Assembly: GCA_028534125.1 (NCBI GenBank)
Contig: CM052832.1
Location: 12,216,001-12,280,000 of the forward strand
Source: Lama glama
Lineage: Eukaryota
Direction: 5' to 3'
Length of the DNA: 64,000 nt
Shown here: positions 38,969-52,910 of the stretch, piece by piece
Position numbering within the stretch: position 1 is the first letter of the stretch
How the letters are laid out: the number at the start of each line of letters is the position of its first letter
The notes under the pieces: generated by a model
What the model was told of the DNA's origin: nothing
Seen by the model: the letters and a program-made list of their open reading frames with translations, nothing else
Database searches by the model: none
Position numbers and translations under genes: made by a program

Positions 38969-40239
38969 GGGTCAAATTGTGGTTAGAAAGTCGATTGCTT
39001 GTAAAGCAGCCCTGCCGTCTTTAGGTCTTTGTTTTATTCAAGGCTGCTCTGTCAGCTGTAGGCTGGCCTTTGATGGGCCACAGCAGTGTTTTTCATGTCT
39101 AACTAGTGTTTTAGTGTTTGTGAGAGACTGTGGTTAATTGGATCCCCATGGTACCACAAATGGCTTTAGAAGCCTCTTATGTCTGGGGAGGTAATTCCAG
39201 GACTGTGTGTGCGTGTGTGTGTACCCATGTGCCCTCGCACCTGAGCAAGTACCAGGAGATTTGGAAAGTTCTTTGGCCCAGATCTCAGGCTTGAGAGTTT
39301 TTAATACTTGTTTTTCCAGAGTCAAAAATCATGGCATCTTCCCTAGATTTAACTTAATCTTTCTCCTCTCAGACTCTCCTGTTGAGTGTTGTTCTGGAGC
39401 CAGTTGGAGCTGCTCAACCAGACTCAGCTTGATCACGTCTGATCCCCACATAGCAGATCTGTTAGCACCTCCATCGTCTTACTGGCCGCTGTGTGCCACC
39501 CAGGCCCTGTTTACTGCCTTTCCTTTCACAGGGAGGCCTCCCACTCTCTGTAGTGCTCTGCTCCCTTGCTGTGCAAGCTCCCTTGCTGTGTTGCTCCGTC
39601 TTGAGAAGGGCGGTCACAGCAGTTCCTTGTGCACCGGTCTCCATGTTTTGGATTGTGCAGTCCAACCACCTAGGTAGGGGTCAGCCTTATCAGATCTCCA
39701 CAAGAAAGCGTGTCTTGCACTGACATCCCCTCTCTGAAACCTGACCTCTTCCTAGTAACCTGAACAAGCCTAACATTTCTTTAGACGGAGCAGAGAAACC
39801 CTGAGAAGGTAGGTTAGGGCAGGTGCTTTTCTAAGGGAGCAGGCGGGGCACAGGAATAGCTCAGTACTCTGGGACAAGACAGGCTTTTTGTGTCTTAGGA
39901 TTTGGAGTGCCTGGAAAGTGGAGAAGCTAATCCACCTCTGGCCTTTTAGCCATATTCCGTTGTAGCCGATGAACTGTGGTCACTCACTAAGAGCTAGTAT
40001 GGTTAGTCTTGTCTTGGTACCTCAGCGTCACAGCTGCCTTGAGTGAACTGATGTATGTGGAGGTAATCCCTAAGTGGTAAGACTCTACACAAGGACAAGA
40101 CAGCATTAGATCCTCTTCAACTAAATCATAAGCTGCTTAAAGCCAAGGTAGTGTCAGATGCTTCTTTGCATTCTCATAGGTGGTCCCAAACCTTTGCTCT
40201 CTGCTTGGCTGCCTAAATGACCATTTCCAGCCAAGCTGG

Positions 40240-40450
40240 AGTTGGCCCCCTCTGTTAATTCTCTCATAGCGCTGTTCTTTTCCTTCATAACACCTGTCAT
40301 AATTTATGCTTTTACGTTATTTGTAATTTACTTATTAATGTGTGTCTTTCCCATTAGGCTTCAAGTTCCATAAAAATAGGGACCCTGTCTGCTGTGTTCA
40401 TGTCTACATTCCTAGCATCCAAATGATGCCTGGCACATATTAATATGTTT
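40240..40450 (+). mobile_element. L2 3' fragment
   Basis: tctttcccattaggcttcaagttccat...agggaccctgtctg...cctagcatc...tgcctggcacata. Confidence 0.7.
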
Positions 40451-43400
40451 TGTGTTACTAAAGGAATGGTTCCCCAGGAGGACATCAGCAAGTTTAGGGC
40501 CAGAGAATGTCTCTGTTTTCGTAGATCTTACCAGCTGGGAAAGTCCTTGGCCTTCACCTTCAGGTTCTGCTGGGCTAGCTTCCTAATGTACCCTGCTCAT
40601 TCTGCCTCTTCCCATTACCTCTGACTGTGACCGCTGGTGACTTGATTCAAATGAATCTCAGAGCCTCTAGGGCACGTCACTGGGCAGGGGAGGGTAGCTA
40701 CCTCAGCTGGTTTGTCCTTGTTCTGTTTGTCCGTGGGAGGAGGGCTGGATGGCGTTAGGGGTCCAGAGGTGGAGAGGTGAGTAAGTGGACCTCTGAGCAA
40801 GCAGGTAGGGGCAAATGCAGAGGCTGCCCTGGGGGACATATGCTCTCGTATCTTCTGTCCACTGTGAATGTATGCACCTGTCTCACAGGGGAGCTCATTA
40901 AGACAGACAGTCATCATATACCAGCAAGAATTCCTTCACAAGTTAGTTACCTCCAACTAAATGTGACTTTCTGATGAATAATTATGGATTTACCCTAATT
41001 AGATTGTGGAATTGCAGCATCACATTTCATTGTTACTTGAAGTTAGTTTCATTCTTAACGACCAAGCCTTATAAGCAGTGTTAGCACCACCTGACACACA
41101 TCCTCTGAAACAAGCCCTATGTTAAGCTGCAAGTGTGTAGTGGGCAGTGTTTGGATACCTCTGATTAAATATTTACGTCATAAAAATCAGAAATGGGGGG
41201 GAAAAGTCAGCTCTGTACTTGAACCAGCTACATTCTGGTCTTTGGCTCAGTGATGGATCATTCTCCCTCCTGTACGTCTTTGTCTTATACAGTGCTTTTT
41301 CTGTTACGTTTTTACCTTTTGTTCATGGCATTCCCTTACCCCTGTTCAGTCCTTCCAGTAGACAGAGCTTCTCCATTTCTACTGTTTATGCATTGTGTGT
41401 ACTTTGGCTGGTAATTCTCTAAAAGCCTTTGTGCTTCGTCCAACGTTGGTTTTGCCCCAAGGATCCTCTTTCCCCAAGCAGGGTCACTGGATTTTGACAA
41501 TCCTTTTTCTCCTCATCATTATGAGATGGCCTTCATCCAGAACTTTGCTCATGGCCGTATCCAAGATCAGGGATACTTGGCCAGAGGCTCACTAGCTGAG
41601 CCAGGCAGACAGATAAATCCCAGAAGAGGAATGACAAGATAGAAAAGGAGGCTGTGCAGCCATGAGACTCAAATAAACCTGATTAACTGAATTATCCATA
41701 CCTCAGAATTGTTAAGAATCCCCATAGGAAGAAATAAGACCAAGACAGGGATTCCCAAAGCAAAAAGAGAAATTGGGAGAGCTTGGGGAAGATATTGGGG
41801 CTGGGTGTGTGATGGATTTTAAAAAAGAAAGGAATGGAAGGAAGTAGGGAGAGGAAAAACAAAGGGGATAAAAGAAAATGTTTGGCTGAAATGGTCAAAG
41901 TGAGCAGGAGCAGTGTGACAGGGTGAGGACAGACCTGTGCTTGGGTAAGGAGCTGGGTAAGAAGAAAGATGACTGAGTACCTAGATTCAGAATTCCTGTG
42001 CAGGGATGCCTTCCCACGTTTAGAGGGGTGATTTCTTGGTACCCTAGTTTGGTGGGCTCAACTGTTAGAACGCTTTAAAATTATCTTTTGTGCTAACCTA
42101 CAAATCTTCCCCCAAACTCAGGATTAGAACCTCATTTCTTTTGGCTTGCCCACATCGGATCTATCTTTAAAAAAAAAAAAAAGGTAAAGAATATGTAAAG
42201 AAAGCAGTGGGAGGAAAGTTCAAATGGGAAGCCAGAAAGAACACGTGTGGCGACACACCTGCTTATGTGTGTGTAACACATCCAGCTAGAAATGTATATT
42301 TTATGTGTCTGTCAACTTCACATTTGCTGTGTGTGGTTTTTCCTATGTGAGACAGAGATGAATGTTACTTACCAACTAGAACCTTTTTAGTTCATGGCAC
42401 CCCCACGGGATAATAGACTACATCTCATTTTGTCCATGATTAATATTAAGTTTCTTTTATTAAGTAAATAAACTGGATGAATTATCAGTGCTAATTTAGT
42501 CCTTTCTCCTTTCATCAGTGTGATTTGTAAGAATTTTTATTAATACCTTTATGGGTTGTATTTGAGCGGCTATTAGCCCTGTTTTTTTAAGACAGATCTT
42601 ATAGTTCAGTGTCAGATACATTTGATTCATAGTAAGTGCTTAGTCTCTCACCTTCTCTAGGCTTCATTTCTTCTAGACAATGAGTAGTTACTGCAGTTCC
42701 TCCCTGCACTGTAGGGGAATTTGGAAGGTAAACAGGGTCACATCTCTGACAACATTGCCTGCTCTTCGGAGGAACTCCACACTATTGTTATTAGATTGTT
42801 ATTATTATTCTCTTCCGAAATGCACCCCACCTAATGCTTGTGGTGCACACAGGCTGGCTGGGCTTTCTCTGGCAAAATGATCTCAATCAGTGGCTTGTTG
42901 CAAGCTGTGCTCGGGGTTCACTGTGACATTCTGTGGGCAGAAATCTAGCGGTGCTCTTGGCCTGTGTGTCTGTGCCTTGGGGTGTTGGATGTCTGAGACT
43001 GAAGGGAATGCCACCGGTTTCCTAGGAGGAGGCTTTGGACTATGGGTGCCTGGGTGATTATGGGAAGGCAGGTGCTGATTTACCTGTTTGCCAGTTTATT
43101 TTCTTTTGGGAGGCAGTGTTTCAATTTACTGCATTCCTTGGAGGTTTGACATATCAATTAGATATTATCGACAGTAATAGAGGGGCAGTTGCTGTAAATG
43201 TGAAGTTTTTACGGGTAGGCCATGAAATGACACCCCAAGGGACTGTAACAGAGGGTGTGATAAATATCGTGTTACCTGCATGCGGGCAGAGGGACTGATT
43301 AATAGGGGAGGATGATTCTGTCTCCTGCACTAAAATGTTATTTATTCATTTGGTGTCAATCAAACCTTCTCTTCTAATTGGCTGAAAGGTTAAATCATCA

Positions 43401-45792
43401 AGATCTGATCATAAACCAAGTTAAGGTAGGAAGAAAAGCAACGTTAAATCATAATCAGTAGCTTGTTTATTTAGTGCATTATTGTATCTGTGTGACCTTG
43501 GAGAGCCTTTCCCTCCCCTCTGGTTACAGTAGAAGCCCTGAGATGGGACTCACACATGTGGGTGGCGTTGCAGGGAGGGAGGAGATGTTTGCTTCTCTGG
43601 AATCTGAAGCAGGGATAGTGCTCCATGCAGCATTGCCTCAGCGTAATTAGACCACTGCTACCTTTTCTGCTGCATCTTTAATGTACAGCTCTTGTGTTGC
43701 ACGACACTTGTAAAAAGAAGAATTATTTGTCAAAAAGACAAATATATTTTCACACTAACAGTTTTATAAAGATGTCAGTGAATAAGTATAGGCATCATTA
43801 AATCACATTTTAAACGCAAGCTTCTCGTGATAAATCTGCATTATCAAGTCTCATTTCTGAAATGAATCATACATTGTAAAACTTTATGAGGGTTGAGTAA
43901 AGGATCCCTTGTTGGCCAGTACAAGTGTATATTTTCAAACCATGCAGAAGGATAGCTTCCAGTCCCAGGGAAAACATGGATAGGGTTCCATCCCTTTCTT
44001 AGAAGCAGTTTTTCAAGCACAAGCTACTTTGGGGTGTTAAGGAGCTTTTCTCCCTGCCAAAGTAGCTTATTCAAAGAAAGCCGAGAGTACACTCCCATTC
44101 AAAGGCTCTTTTTCCTCAGCTTGGCGCTGAACACAGATTGCTCTTCAGCGGGGCTGCTGAAGGTCAGTATCCCAGAACCACAGCTCTGGGCGCGCTCACC
44201 CCGAGACACTTACTGCCGCCCGGCACGCTCTGGGTGCTTGCTCCCACTGCCACTGCCACCAGCCTGGAGAAGCAAACGCTGCAGCCTTAGAAGCTGACTG
44301 CTTTTCCTTTATCCAGATGTTTAACAAGTTCATGTCCACAGTGGTTTTATTTCAGCATTTTGAGCACAGAGAGCTGTGATAACTCATGGATCTGACACAT
44401 CATATTACCATATTAAATACCATTGATATGCCATGTTAAAAATAAATTAGCCAAAGAGGGCCTAATTGTCAGCTCTTTGGAGAGTGTCTCTAAGACAACA
44501 GGGACAACTGAATGTCTTCCCCAGTTGTGGAATTTTTTGTATTTGTATATGTGTTTTAAGTTATCGTGTTTGTAGGAAAGTATCACAAATGTATATAGGT
44601 GGCTCATATGTCAAAAACTGCCAGCATTATCTGCTTTTTCATCTTGTGGTGACTGCTGAGTTAATTTTACTGTAGGGACACTTACCCATCCCCAGACCGC
44701 CTGGCCTCATTTATTCTTTGTGAATAGCAAAACGCTGGTTGTGTTGTTCCACAGTCAGATTGCACGTGAGATGCAGGGCAGACCTCTAGACAGTCTGACA
44801 GAGCACTTCCAAGTCAGGGTTCATCAGAAAGATGAACGTTAAAAAGCTGGACTTAGGTGGCTAACTTAGTAAGGAGAGAACTTTTAGTGTAAAGAAGAGA
44901 AAGTGGAAAGGCCTCAGCCTCCTTCTGAAGGAGTAGGCTGAGCAGCACGTGGATGGATGTCTGCTGCTTCTTACTAGACCTGCACAAAGAGCTAGCTGGT
45001 CATCAGTAGCTGACAGTGTTGCCAGCCTGGTGCACAGTCTGGGTGGGCACTCACAAAAACTGTCCCAGAGAAAGGGGTCTTTCTAGAAAGCCTCACTCAG
45101 TAAGTGGGCTGTTTCTCCCCGATCAGATAAAATGCCACATAGTACTGGAAACTAAATTTCATGTATATAGAAATTAAATACCTTATATGCCTAGTCATTA
45201 AATGTTTGTGCCTGAGAAATGTGCAATCTATTGGTCATTGGGATTTGAGAATTAGAAAATCAAGTCAAGATGACCAGGGAGTGCTTCCTTTCTGAAGTTG
45301 CCACGTCATGGCTTCAATATGGCTGTCCTTTTTGTGAGCTTCTGTCTGTGCTGCACACACTCAGCCCGAGGGTTAGACTTTCTCACTGCCTGCAGGATAG
45401 TGTTTTCCAGGTGTGACAGCAAAGACTCCAGAGAGCGAGTGCTTCACCCAAGGCCATACAGCTGGTGCGTGGCAGAACCCGGGCCCAGACCCAGGCAGTG
45501 TGGCTCCAGTCTGGTGGGTTTCCTGTCTCACCACAGATCTTCTCCCAGAGAGTAATCCTTGGCCAGCAAACTTCTCCACCCAGCCAGGGTCTCTATGGAG
45601 TACTTTTGAAAGCTGCATTTGGAACCTTCCTGCCCACAGTATCACCTCCATTTCAATCCCCTATCCTCACTGCTGCTAAAATTATCTTCCTAATGCTTCC
45701 TGGTTCCCTTATTCTAAAACCTCCAGGATCTTTCCAACTTGCTGCCTTCTACCCAGTGGAACATGAACTTGTCCCCTTTGTTATAGAGGAGA

Positions 45793-45965
45793 ACAGTGGG
45801 TCTCAAAGTGCACATCAGCAGCACCGGGGAACGTGTGATGGACGCAAGTTCTCAGGCCTCGCTCTAAACCTGCTGAATCAGAAACTCTGGGGGTGGGTGC
45901 TGGTGGTCTGGTCTGTGTTCAGCACACCCTCCAGGCAGTGCTGGTGAGCTCAAGTTGAAGACCCC
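45793..45965. mobile_element. MER5A-like hAT-Charlie MITE
   Basis: cagtgggtctcaaagtg...ttctcaggcc...acctgctgaatcagaaactctgggggtggg...ccctccagg...caagttgaagacc. Confidence 0.8.
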
Positions 45966-48001
45966 AGAGAGCACATCAAAATGCACATCAGAATCACCAT
46001 GGATGCACACGTCTTAGGGACCAGAGCCTTGCCAGTGTCCTCTCTGAAAGGCAGTTGCTGTGCTCTTTGCTGGCTGTGGAGGAGTTAGGGGCAGCTACAG
46101 GTCGTTGTATTGGTTTTGCTATGAAGACCAGTGAGAATTTAACTGTCGTACACATTCTTCAAATACCATCACAAGGAACATGGCACATAAACCTGCTACT
46201 ATGCATGCGGACCCATACTTGAGACCCCAGCATCTAGATCTTCAGAGGGAACCTGTGTTTCCCAAATCCTGCATTTCTGTAGAATGCCCACTAGTGCATC
46301 TACCCAGACTTGCTTGCTGTGGAAAGGGGTCCTAGACAGGGGCTCTGAGAAGTGTTTGCAGAGCCTGCACCGGCCTGGGAGCCCCACATCCACTTGCTAA
46401 CAGGGCATTTTGACCCAAAGTTGGGAGTCATGATCTTTCCCACAAAAGTTATAAAATTAAAGATAAGAAAATGAAAATCATGAAAGCAAAGAAGGGTCTC
46501 CCAAAGGTAGAGCCATGGCCCACCACATGCACGGATTTCTTTCACAGGTGGTGCAGTACGTAGTTGCATTCTTAATTCAGTGTGAATTCCCCTCGTGATG
46601 TTTTGTCACACTCAGAAGAAATGGTTCCAAGGGGACATTTGTCATCTTCAATATAGAATAGAGCAGTGGTCCTTCACAAGGAGCGAAGGGAGAAAATACA
46701 GATATCCCCCACAAAGCCTTAAAATTGATAGTGAGGGACCATCTTCCTGGGGCCATATCTAGGCAAGGGCTGGGATTATTATCAGTGTGGTGGTGTTAGG
46801 GTTCTTTTGTTTGTTTGGTTGGTTGGTTGTTATTAATCTCTAGTTTAAAGGCTTCACAGTACAGAGTTTCCAACCTAGAGTTCTGCTGACATGATGGGAA
46901 AAAAAGAAAACAGCTGAATGCCAAAGCAGCTGAAATTTCCTCCATTTCTACATCTCACACCCCACAGCCTTCAGCACTGCCCCGCAGGACCCCAGTGTGA
47001 TCCTGATGGGGGCAGAGCTGGAACAAAGCGGAGAGGCGAGTAAATCATCTAGCAACTTAAGGAAAATCTACTTTGTGCTTTCACACACTTGGTTGAACTT
47101 TTCAAAAATATTGACTAAACAGCTTGCCAGCTGTGATTACCAACAGCTCTATTTGACAGTCTTTGACAGGAAGCCATTGGGCACGTGCAACGCCGTCCGG
47201 CACTAACGGGGCTTCATTAGCAGCTGTAGAGGGGATGGGTGCGCCCTGGGACCTGGACCAGTGATCCCCATCCCCTGGTGGTGTGCACTCGAGTATCAGT
47301 GAACTATTTGCCTGGCAAGCCCAGGGGCAGACATGGAGCCTTGCCTGTATGTCTCCGTCACTCAGAGGATTTTTTTATGTTCCGATCTCCAGGAACACAA
47401 ATAATATTCTTTCTAAGCTGCTCCAAAATACAAGTGATAGAAAATATCATGGAAAAGGTGAATTGCCAGACAGTAAGCCCTCATGACCAAGAGCTTATTC
47501 ATAAAATGATGACAAATTTATTGCACACATTCACTGCTGGCTTTCTGAGATTAATAGCTGATCTGTCTGATTTTAAAGCCTGACAATGGAATCAGAAAGA
47601 GTTACTGGTCAGTTTTCTCACCCATCCCCTTCACCCAGCAGCCTTCCTCCCCAAGAAATAATATAGAAAAATAAGCTGATTTAGCCTCAGCAAACAGTCT
47701 TACAGTATTTTATGGCAGGAGATTTCCACGTGCCAAGGATAACTTTTAACCTTGTTGAATGCAGTTTGACTTCTTGGCATCTGCCTTCAACTCTGCAAAA
47801 CTCTCAGGGCAGGGGACTAGCCTGGTGAATAACTAGGAGTAGATTGAAACACAGCCTGAAAAGAAGCCATATTTTTGTGTGTCTCATGACTGCTTGTTTA
47901 CCGTGTAGTAGAGAAGTCATTGTTTGATGTCTCAGCTTGGGGACATGAACAGAATTCAAAGCAGGTGTTAAGAAATACACTGCGTCAAATCTTGGGCATG
48001 C

Positions 48002-48064
48002 AAACATACACACACACACACACGCACACGCACGCAAACACACACACACAAACACACACACACG
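48002..48064. repeat. Imperfect (CA)n/(CACG)n microsatellite
   Basis: acacacacacacacgcacacgcacgcaaacacacacacaaacacacacacacg. Confidence 0.92.
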
Positions 48065-51000
48065 TTCAGAACATGTATGGAGGAGCTCTCTGAGTTTGCT
48101 GCCTTGAGAGAAATCAGGATTCATCACAAAGATGCGAAGACTGAGGTGCCTCCCGTGTGGCTGTTGGTAGTGATCTGATGCTAGTCCCTGGCCTGCCAGG
48201 ACTCTAGCCTCTCTCTTTGACTAGCTAACTCCTACCTGGTGATTATTGTAGCATACATTATCTTAATTATTTAATGTATGTACTTAGCACATGCCCTTGT
48301 CTTCTGTCCTGTCTTGTCTGGCATGCTTTGTGAGTTCACAGGGAGCCAGAGGCTGCCCCTTCGTGTGGCACCAGGGTGATGTCACCTGACAGCCTGGCTG
48401 AAGGTACTGATGGACAGAGCACGGTCATGGGGGAGGTTTGTGATTGCCGGTGTCTGGGCCAGGGTAGAGGAAGAACCCAGAGAAGGGGGCAAGCAGTGAC
48501 TTGGAACCAGCCTTGGAGAGCAAGGGGCCTGCAAGAGAACACATGCCTCTGTTAAGTCTTAAGAGAGGTCTAGGCCAACAAAGGCTGGACCCAGGAAAGC
48601 ACCAAGTTGAAGGTGGTGGTGATTTTTTAATCAGGAAAGTATTGGAAAAGAGGAAGAGACGATTTTTTTTTAATTCAACTTTTTCACTGTCAGAAAATTC
48701 CCAGAAGAAAGATCGTTACATGCACAGTACTGCCTCACACCTGCTTGTGGGTCATTCACTGTCTTGCTTTAATTGTGTTGAATGTGGCAGCTTATGCAAA
48801 TTCCAGAAAGGGCCTTTATGGGGCCTGCCACGAACACTTGTCACCTTTTCATTACAGAACTCACATTCAGAGATTCCAGTGTGTTAAATGGCCCTAGGCT
48901 AATCTTGGGCTCCTTGCTAAGAGCAATAGTTTTAATCAGAAAGAAACATTTTTTTTGTACTCTGGAGATTTTTAAAGCTTTCTTATCTGTTGAGTTACAA
49001 ATATCAAGCCCTTAATGGCTGGAGAGGGAGAGGTCTATTTTTAAGTTTTTACTGAATATCTCCCTGGTGTTAGGTGCTGAGCAAATGTGGCATGTCATCA
49101 GATCTGGAATTCCCACAGGGGTTTAGTGTAATTTTTAGGTATGAGATTGGTCGGGTTTGATTCATAGGATGTCTGGTGGTCCTTCTCGAGGGCCGTTGGC
49201 TTGCTTCGCTGTGTGTACTGTTGTAGGTTTCTGAGGTCAGGGTCAGGTTTTGTTCTGCACAGGCTTTTGGCATGAATTTCCATGAGGGCAGCCTTTTTTG
49301 TTTGTTTAATTAAACCTGACATCAGGGGGCACTTAGTCCTCATGGTGTTCTAAATCCTTTTGGTATTTAAAACACTGGGAAATGAAATCACCAAATTCTT
49401 AACATTTGAAAATTGGCCCCCTCCCATACCTCGTCCTCACGTTTCCAGCGCGTCTCGGAGGGAATGTGTGGCGGGGGGAGGGGGCGGCGCTGGGCTGTCA
49501 CATGGAGCCAAGGAGAAAGCCATGTCATCCTTGGAGGCAACAAGCCTCACTGCAGAAAGGAGCCATTCAGTGCCCCTAAGTCAGTACTTCTGTTGAGGGT
49601 TGTGCTTGCTGGGGATAGGAAATCCTCTGGGGGACAGCAAAGCTAATCTGCCCTCCCAGCAGCCCCCAGAGCTGCCTGCTGGCCGAGAGTGGCCAAGCTG
49701 CCAGCCCCTCCATCCGTTCAGTGCAGACTTAGGCCCAGGTGGTGGTTGTATTTCAGGCACATTGCAGCATGAGTAGGAACATCCCTAATGAACAACATGG
49801 AGCAAGTCAAGGGACTTGGAGCCGGTGCAGGGCCAGGAGGGAGGACAGGCGAGTTCCCCCTCACCCCTTCTCAAGTCCCCTGAATGTCACAACTCGTGAA
49901 TCCACAGCCCCAGGCAGATCGCTACCCTGTGGTGAGCGCCCCTGCTCTAGAAGAGGCTGGCCAAGCTCTCCCACTGCCCTCACCTCCAGGAAGGGCACAC
50001 CTGCACTCCTCTCTGACATCACCCAGGAAGGGACTCCACCACCTCTCCTGGTCACCACGTTGGCTGGTTTCTAACTTGTTTGGAGGCCAGGAGGTACTGC
50101 AAGAGGCAAGTTGCCGATCTGCCTTCTGTACCTCAGCCACTAGTGGGCCGAGCCACACCAGAATGGGCAGTTGGTGGATTCAACCCAGTGATGGCAAAAC
50201 GTTGATGTAGACACTGCCTGGCTCCTGAAGTCTGCTCTGAGTGTTTATTTCCAGGGACAGCTAGGAGTTCTGGCTTCCCACATGTGGAAGCAAGAGTCCC
50301 TTTGTTAACTACACAAACACGCTGTTCAGCCTCTCCCTGCCTCCTAGTGCAGGGCCTCCTTGGTGGTGTTTACTCTTCAGAGGGAGAAAAAAGGATTTTT
50401 GTTTCTGATGTGGACCTAGAACTGTATGAGCAATGAGTTTCGTCTTAAGATGAGTAACTGAACTTCAGCTAATGGGTAATCCTTCAATATCAGACAGAGT
50501 TGAGCCAAAGTGAATTTTTTATACAAAATCCATCTCTATTTTAGCCTTCTAGAACTCCAAGGAAAAGGATAGAACCTGGAGAATTTGGGGGTGAGGACCT
50601 CCCCCTTTTCCACACTGTATCTTGTGAACTGAAACCCTTTCAGGCTCCCAATCTCCACACTTTGAGCAAGAGTACCTTGATAGTAGCTATTTCTGAGCCT
50701 ATTTCTTATTTCCTTATTTGTTCAAAAATATTCCTAGAAGTGTGAACTTTCAGCATAAAATCTTTGTACCTAAAATCTCAGCTATATTGGTCAGCTTCAT
50801 CAGAAAAACCAGTGAACAAAGGCTGCCTGAGAGTGCTTTTTGTCCTGAGGGGGATGTGTGGGGAGCTGTGAGGACAGGAACTTGGACCACTGACCCAGCT
50901 GGTGTTTGGGAGGGTCTGTGGGGACTCCTGCCATCGTGGAGCAGGCTGCTTAAGACACACTTTCCCTTGGAAGAGCCCCAGCTTTCTCTCTCATACCTGA

Positions 51001-52174
51001 CAGTCTCCTGGAGGAGGCAGATAATAGTCAAGGGTAAAGGTCATTAATTACAAGATACAAGTGTGACAGAAACCCTATTAGAAAGAACACATCTCTTCAA
51101 AAGACTTGCCAGACATTTAGAAGTTTCAACAAAGTTTAAATTTGCAAGAGAAACCATTAAACCTTGTAAGAAAGAGATGCCAAACCCAGAGAGTGCTTTC
51201 TAGAGAGTGCTTTCTCGTTTGATTGCTAGGCCGCCCCCAATTTCTACACCACACAGAAGCTCTTGCCCAGGTGCAGGTGTGTGTGTGCACACATGCACAC
51301 ATCCACCCCACCCCCACACCAACTCCCACCACCAGTTGTGTACAAACATGAATATAGAGGCAGGAAGAAACATGAATTTTCTTTTTTTTCTGCATGATAC
51401 TCTAAGCTGCTGCCTTGCTAGCACAGCTGCTTGCAAGAGAGAGAGAAAAGCACTTGGCCCCAGCGTCTGTTTATGTGTTTGAGCCGAGAAAGCGATTTTT
51501 GTTGCAAGGAGCTCTAAGTGAGACAGACAGAGTCAGAGAATAAGAGAGAGAGAGAGAGATAATTATCTAAATTATGTTCGTGCTATTATCGAAGACGAAT
51601 ATAGTTAAAATGTAATTAAATATGACAGGCTAGCAGGATGCAAGCCAAGCTTTGGAATGCTAATCATCAATTACTGCATCCCCTTAGGGGAATCAAGGGG
51701 AGCTCTACGGCAGAGAGTGGGAGCTGGGAGCTTGGGGATGGGCACTGGGTGTTGAAGTAGCCCCTCGCTCATCTGTCTCCCCCATACACTCGTTCAAACA
51801 CTCCACAAAGGTCCCAGGACACACACCTTTCTGCAGCTGCCACAGGGTCAGAAGCGTCCAGCTCAGCTCATAGGAGGAGCTGGCGGGAGGGGCTTGACAT
51901 TCTCTTTGAGAGGAAACTTCTCTAAAAGGGAACATTATGCTGTGAGCAGGGAAGGTAGAACCCAAGGCCAGCTCAGGTTAGAGCAGTAAGGGCAAGAGCA
52001 TCCACCAGAGAGGCCTGAAATTCCCCTTGTAAAATGTGCCTGTAGGTGCAGAAATGCCGGTAGCTGGAGGAAGCTAGGAGAAGGCTGATCTGGACCATAA
52101 TTAGGGCAGAAGATGTCATCCTAGCAAGCTGCTCCTCACCAACCACCCCTAGCCCAAGAAGGGGCTCCACCTTG

Positions 52175-52335
52175 GCCGAACACTGACGTCACCGGAGGAG
52201 TTCAGATGAAACACACGCAGGACCCACCCCCAGAGAGTCTGAGTTTTAATTGGTCTGGGATGTGGCATGGGAGTTGGAAGGTTTAGATGCTCCATAGGTT
52301 ACTCTGATGTGCAGCCAGGGTTGAGAACCCACGGC
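52175..52335. mobile_element. MER5B-like hAT-Charlie element
   Basis: ccacccccagagagtctga...ttaattggtctgggatgtggc...ctctgatgtgcagccagggttgagaacc. Confidence 0.75.
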
Positions 52336-52749
52336 CTAGCTAGAACCAGACTTCTGCTAACCTAGCCACAGGTAAGGCAGGCATCAGCAACTGAAGACTG
52401 CATAGCATCCTTCAGTGAACCTCAGCTGTACCTGTCTCGAGGCCAAGAAGACAGATTTTTTTTAACTGATAATTTGTGTATCAGTTCTGTTGCTAGATCT
52501 CCAGAGAATTTTTAGGTTGCTGGGCTTCCTATACAGAGTTAGAAATTTAATTTACCCCTCTTTAACACTGCCTGAGCTCCTGCTAAGGCTGAAGTAGAAA
52601 CCTGGCCACCTCCTTGAGCCAAGTGGGTGATGTGAGTGAGCAGAGCAGGCCAGGGCAGGCTCGGGGATTGATGGAGACCACCACAGGTTAGCAGTGCTGG
52701 GCCTGTCACAGTCACCTCAGCACCAACCTGTGTCTCCAGCCGGTGTTGT

Positions 52750-52910
52750 CTCCCAGTGACCCAAGGATGCCAGATCTGGTTTTCAAGAGAAACTAGAAAT
52801 TTGTATTTTTATGTAAAATCTAATTTTTAAGTGGCAGCTCAAGTTTAAAAAAAAATACTCAGTAAACCAGCAAAATGTGTCTGTGAGCCTCCCCTGTGTG
52901 ACCTTTGATC
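52750..52910. mobile_element. hAT-Charlie-type DNA transposon remnant (family uncertain)
   Basis: tgccagatct...ttttcaagagaaactagaaatttgtatttttatgtaaaatct. Confidence 0.5.

Noticed and set aside
38427..39137. Long ORFs of 182-224 aa
   Set aside because: Artefacts of translating through the 500-N gap.
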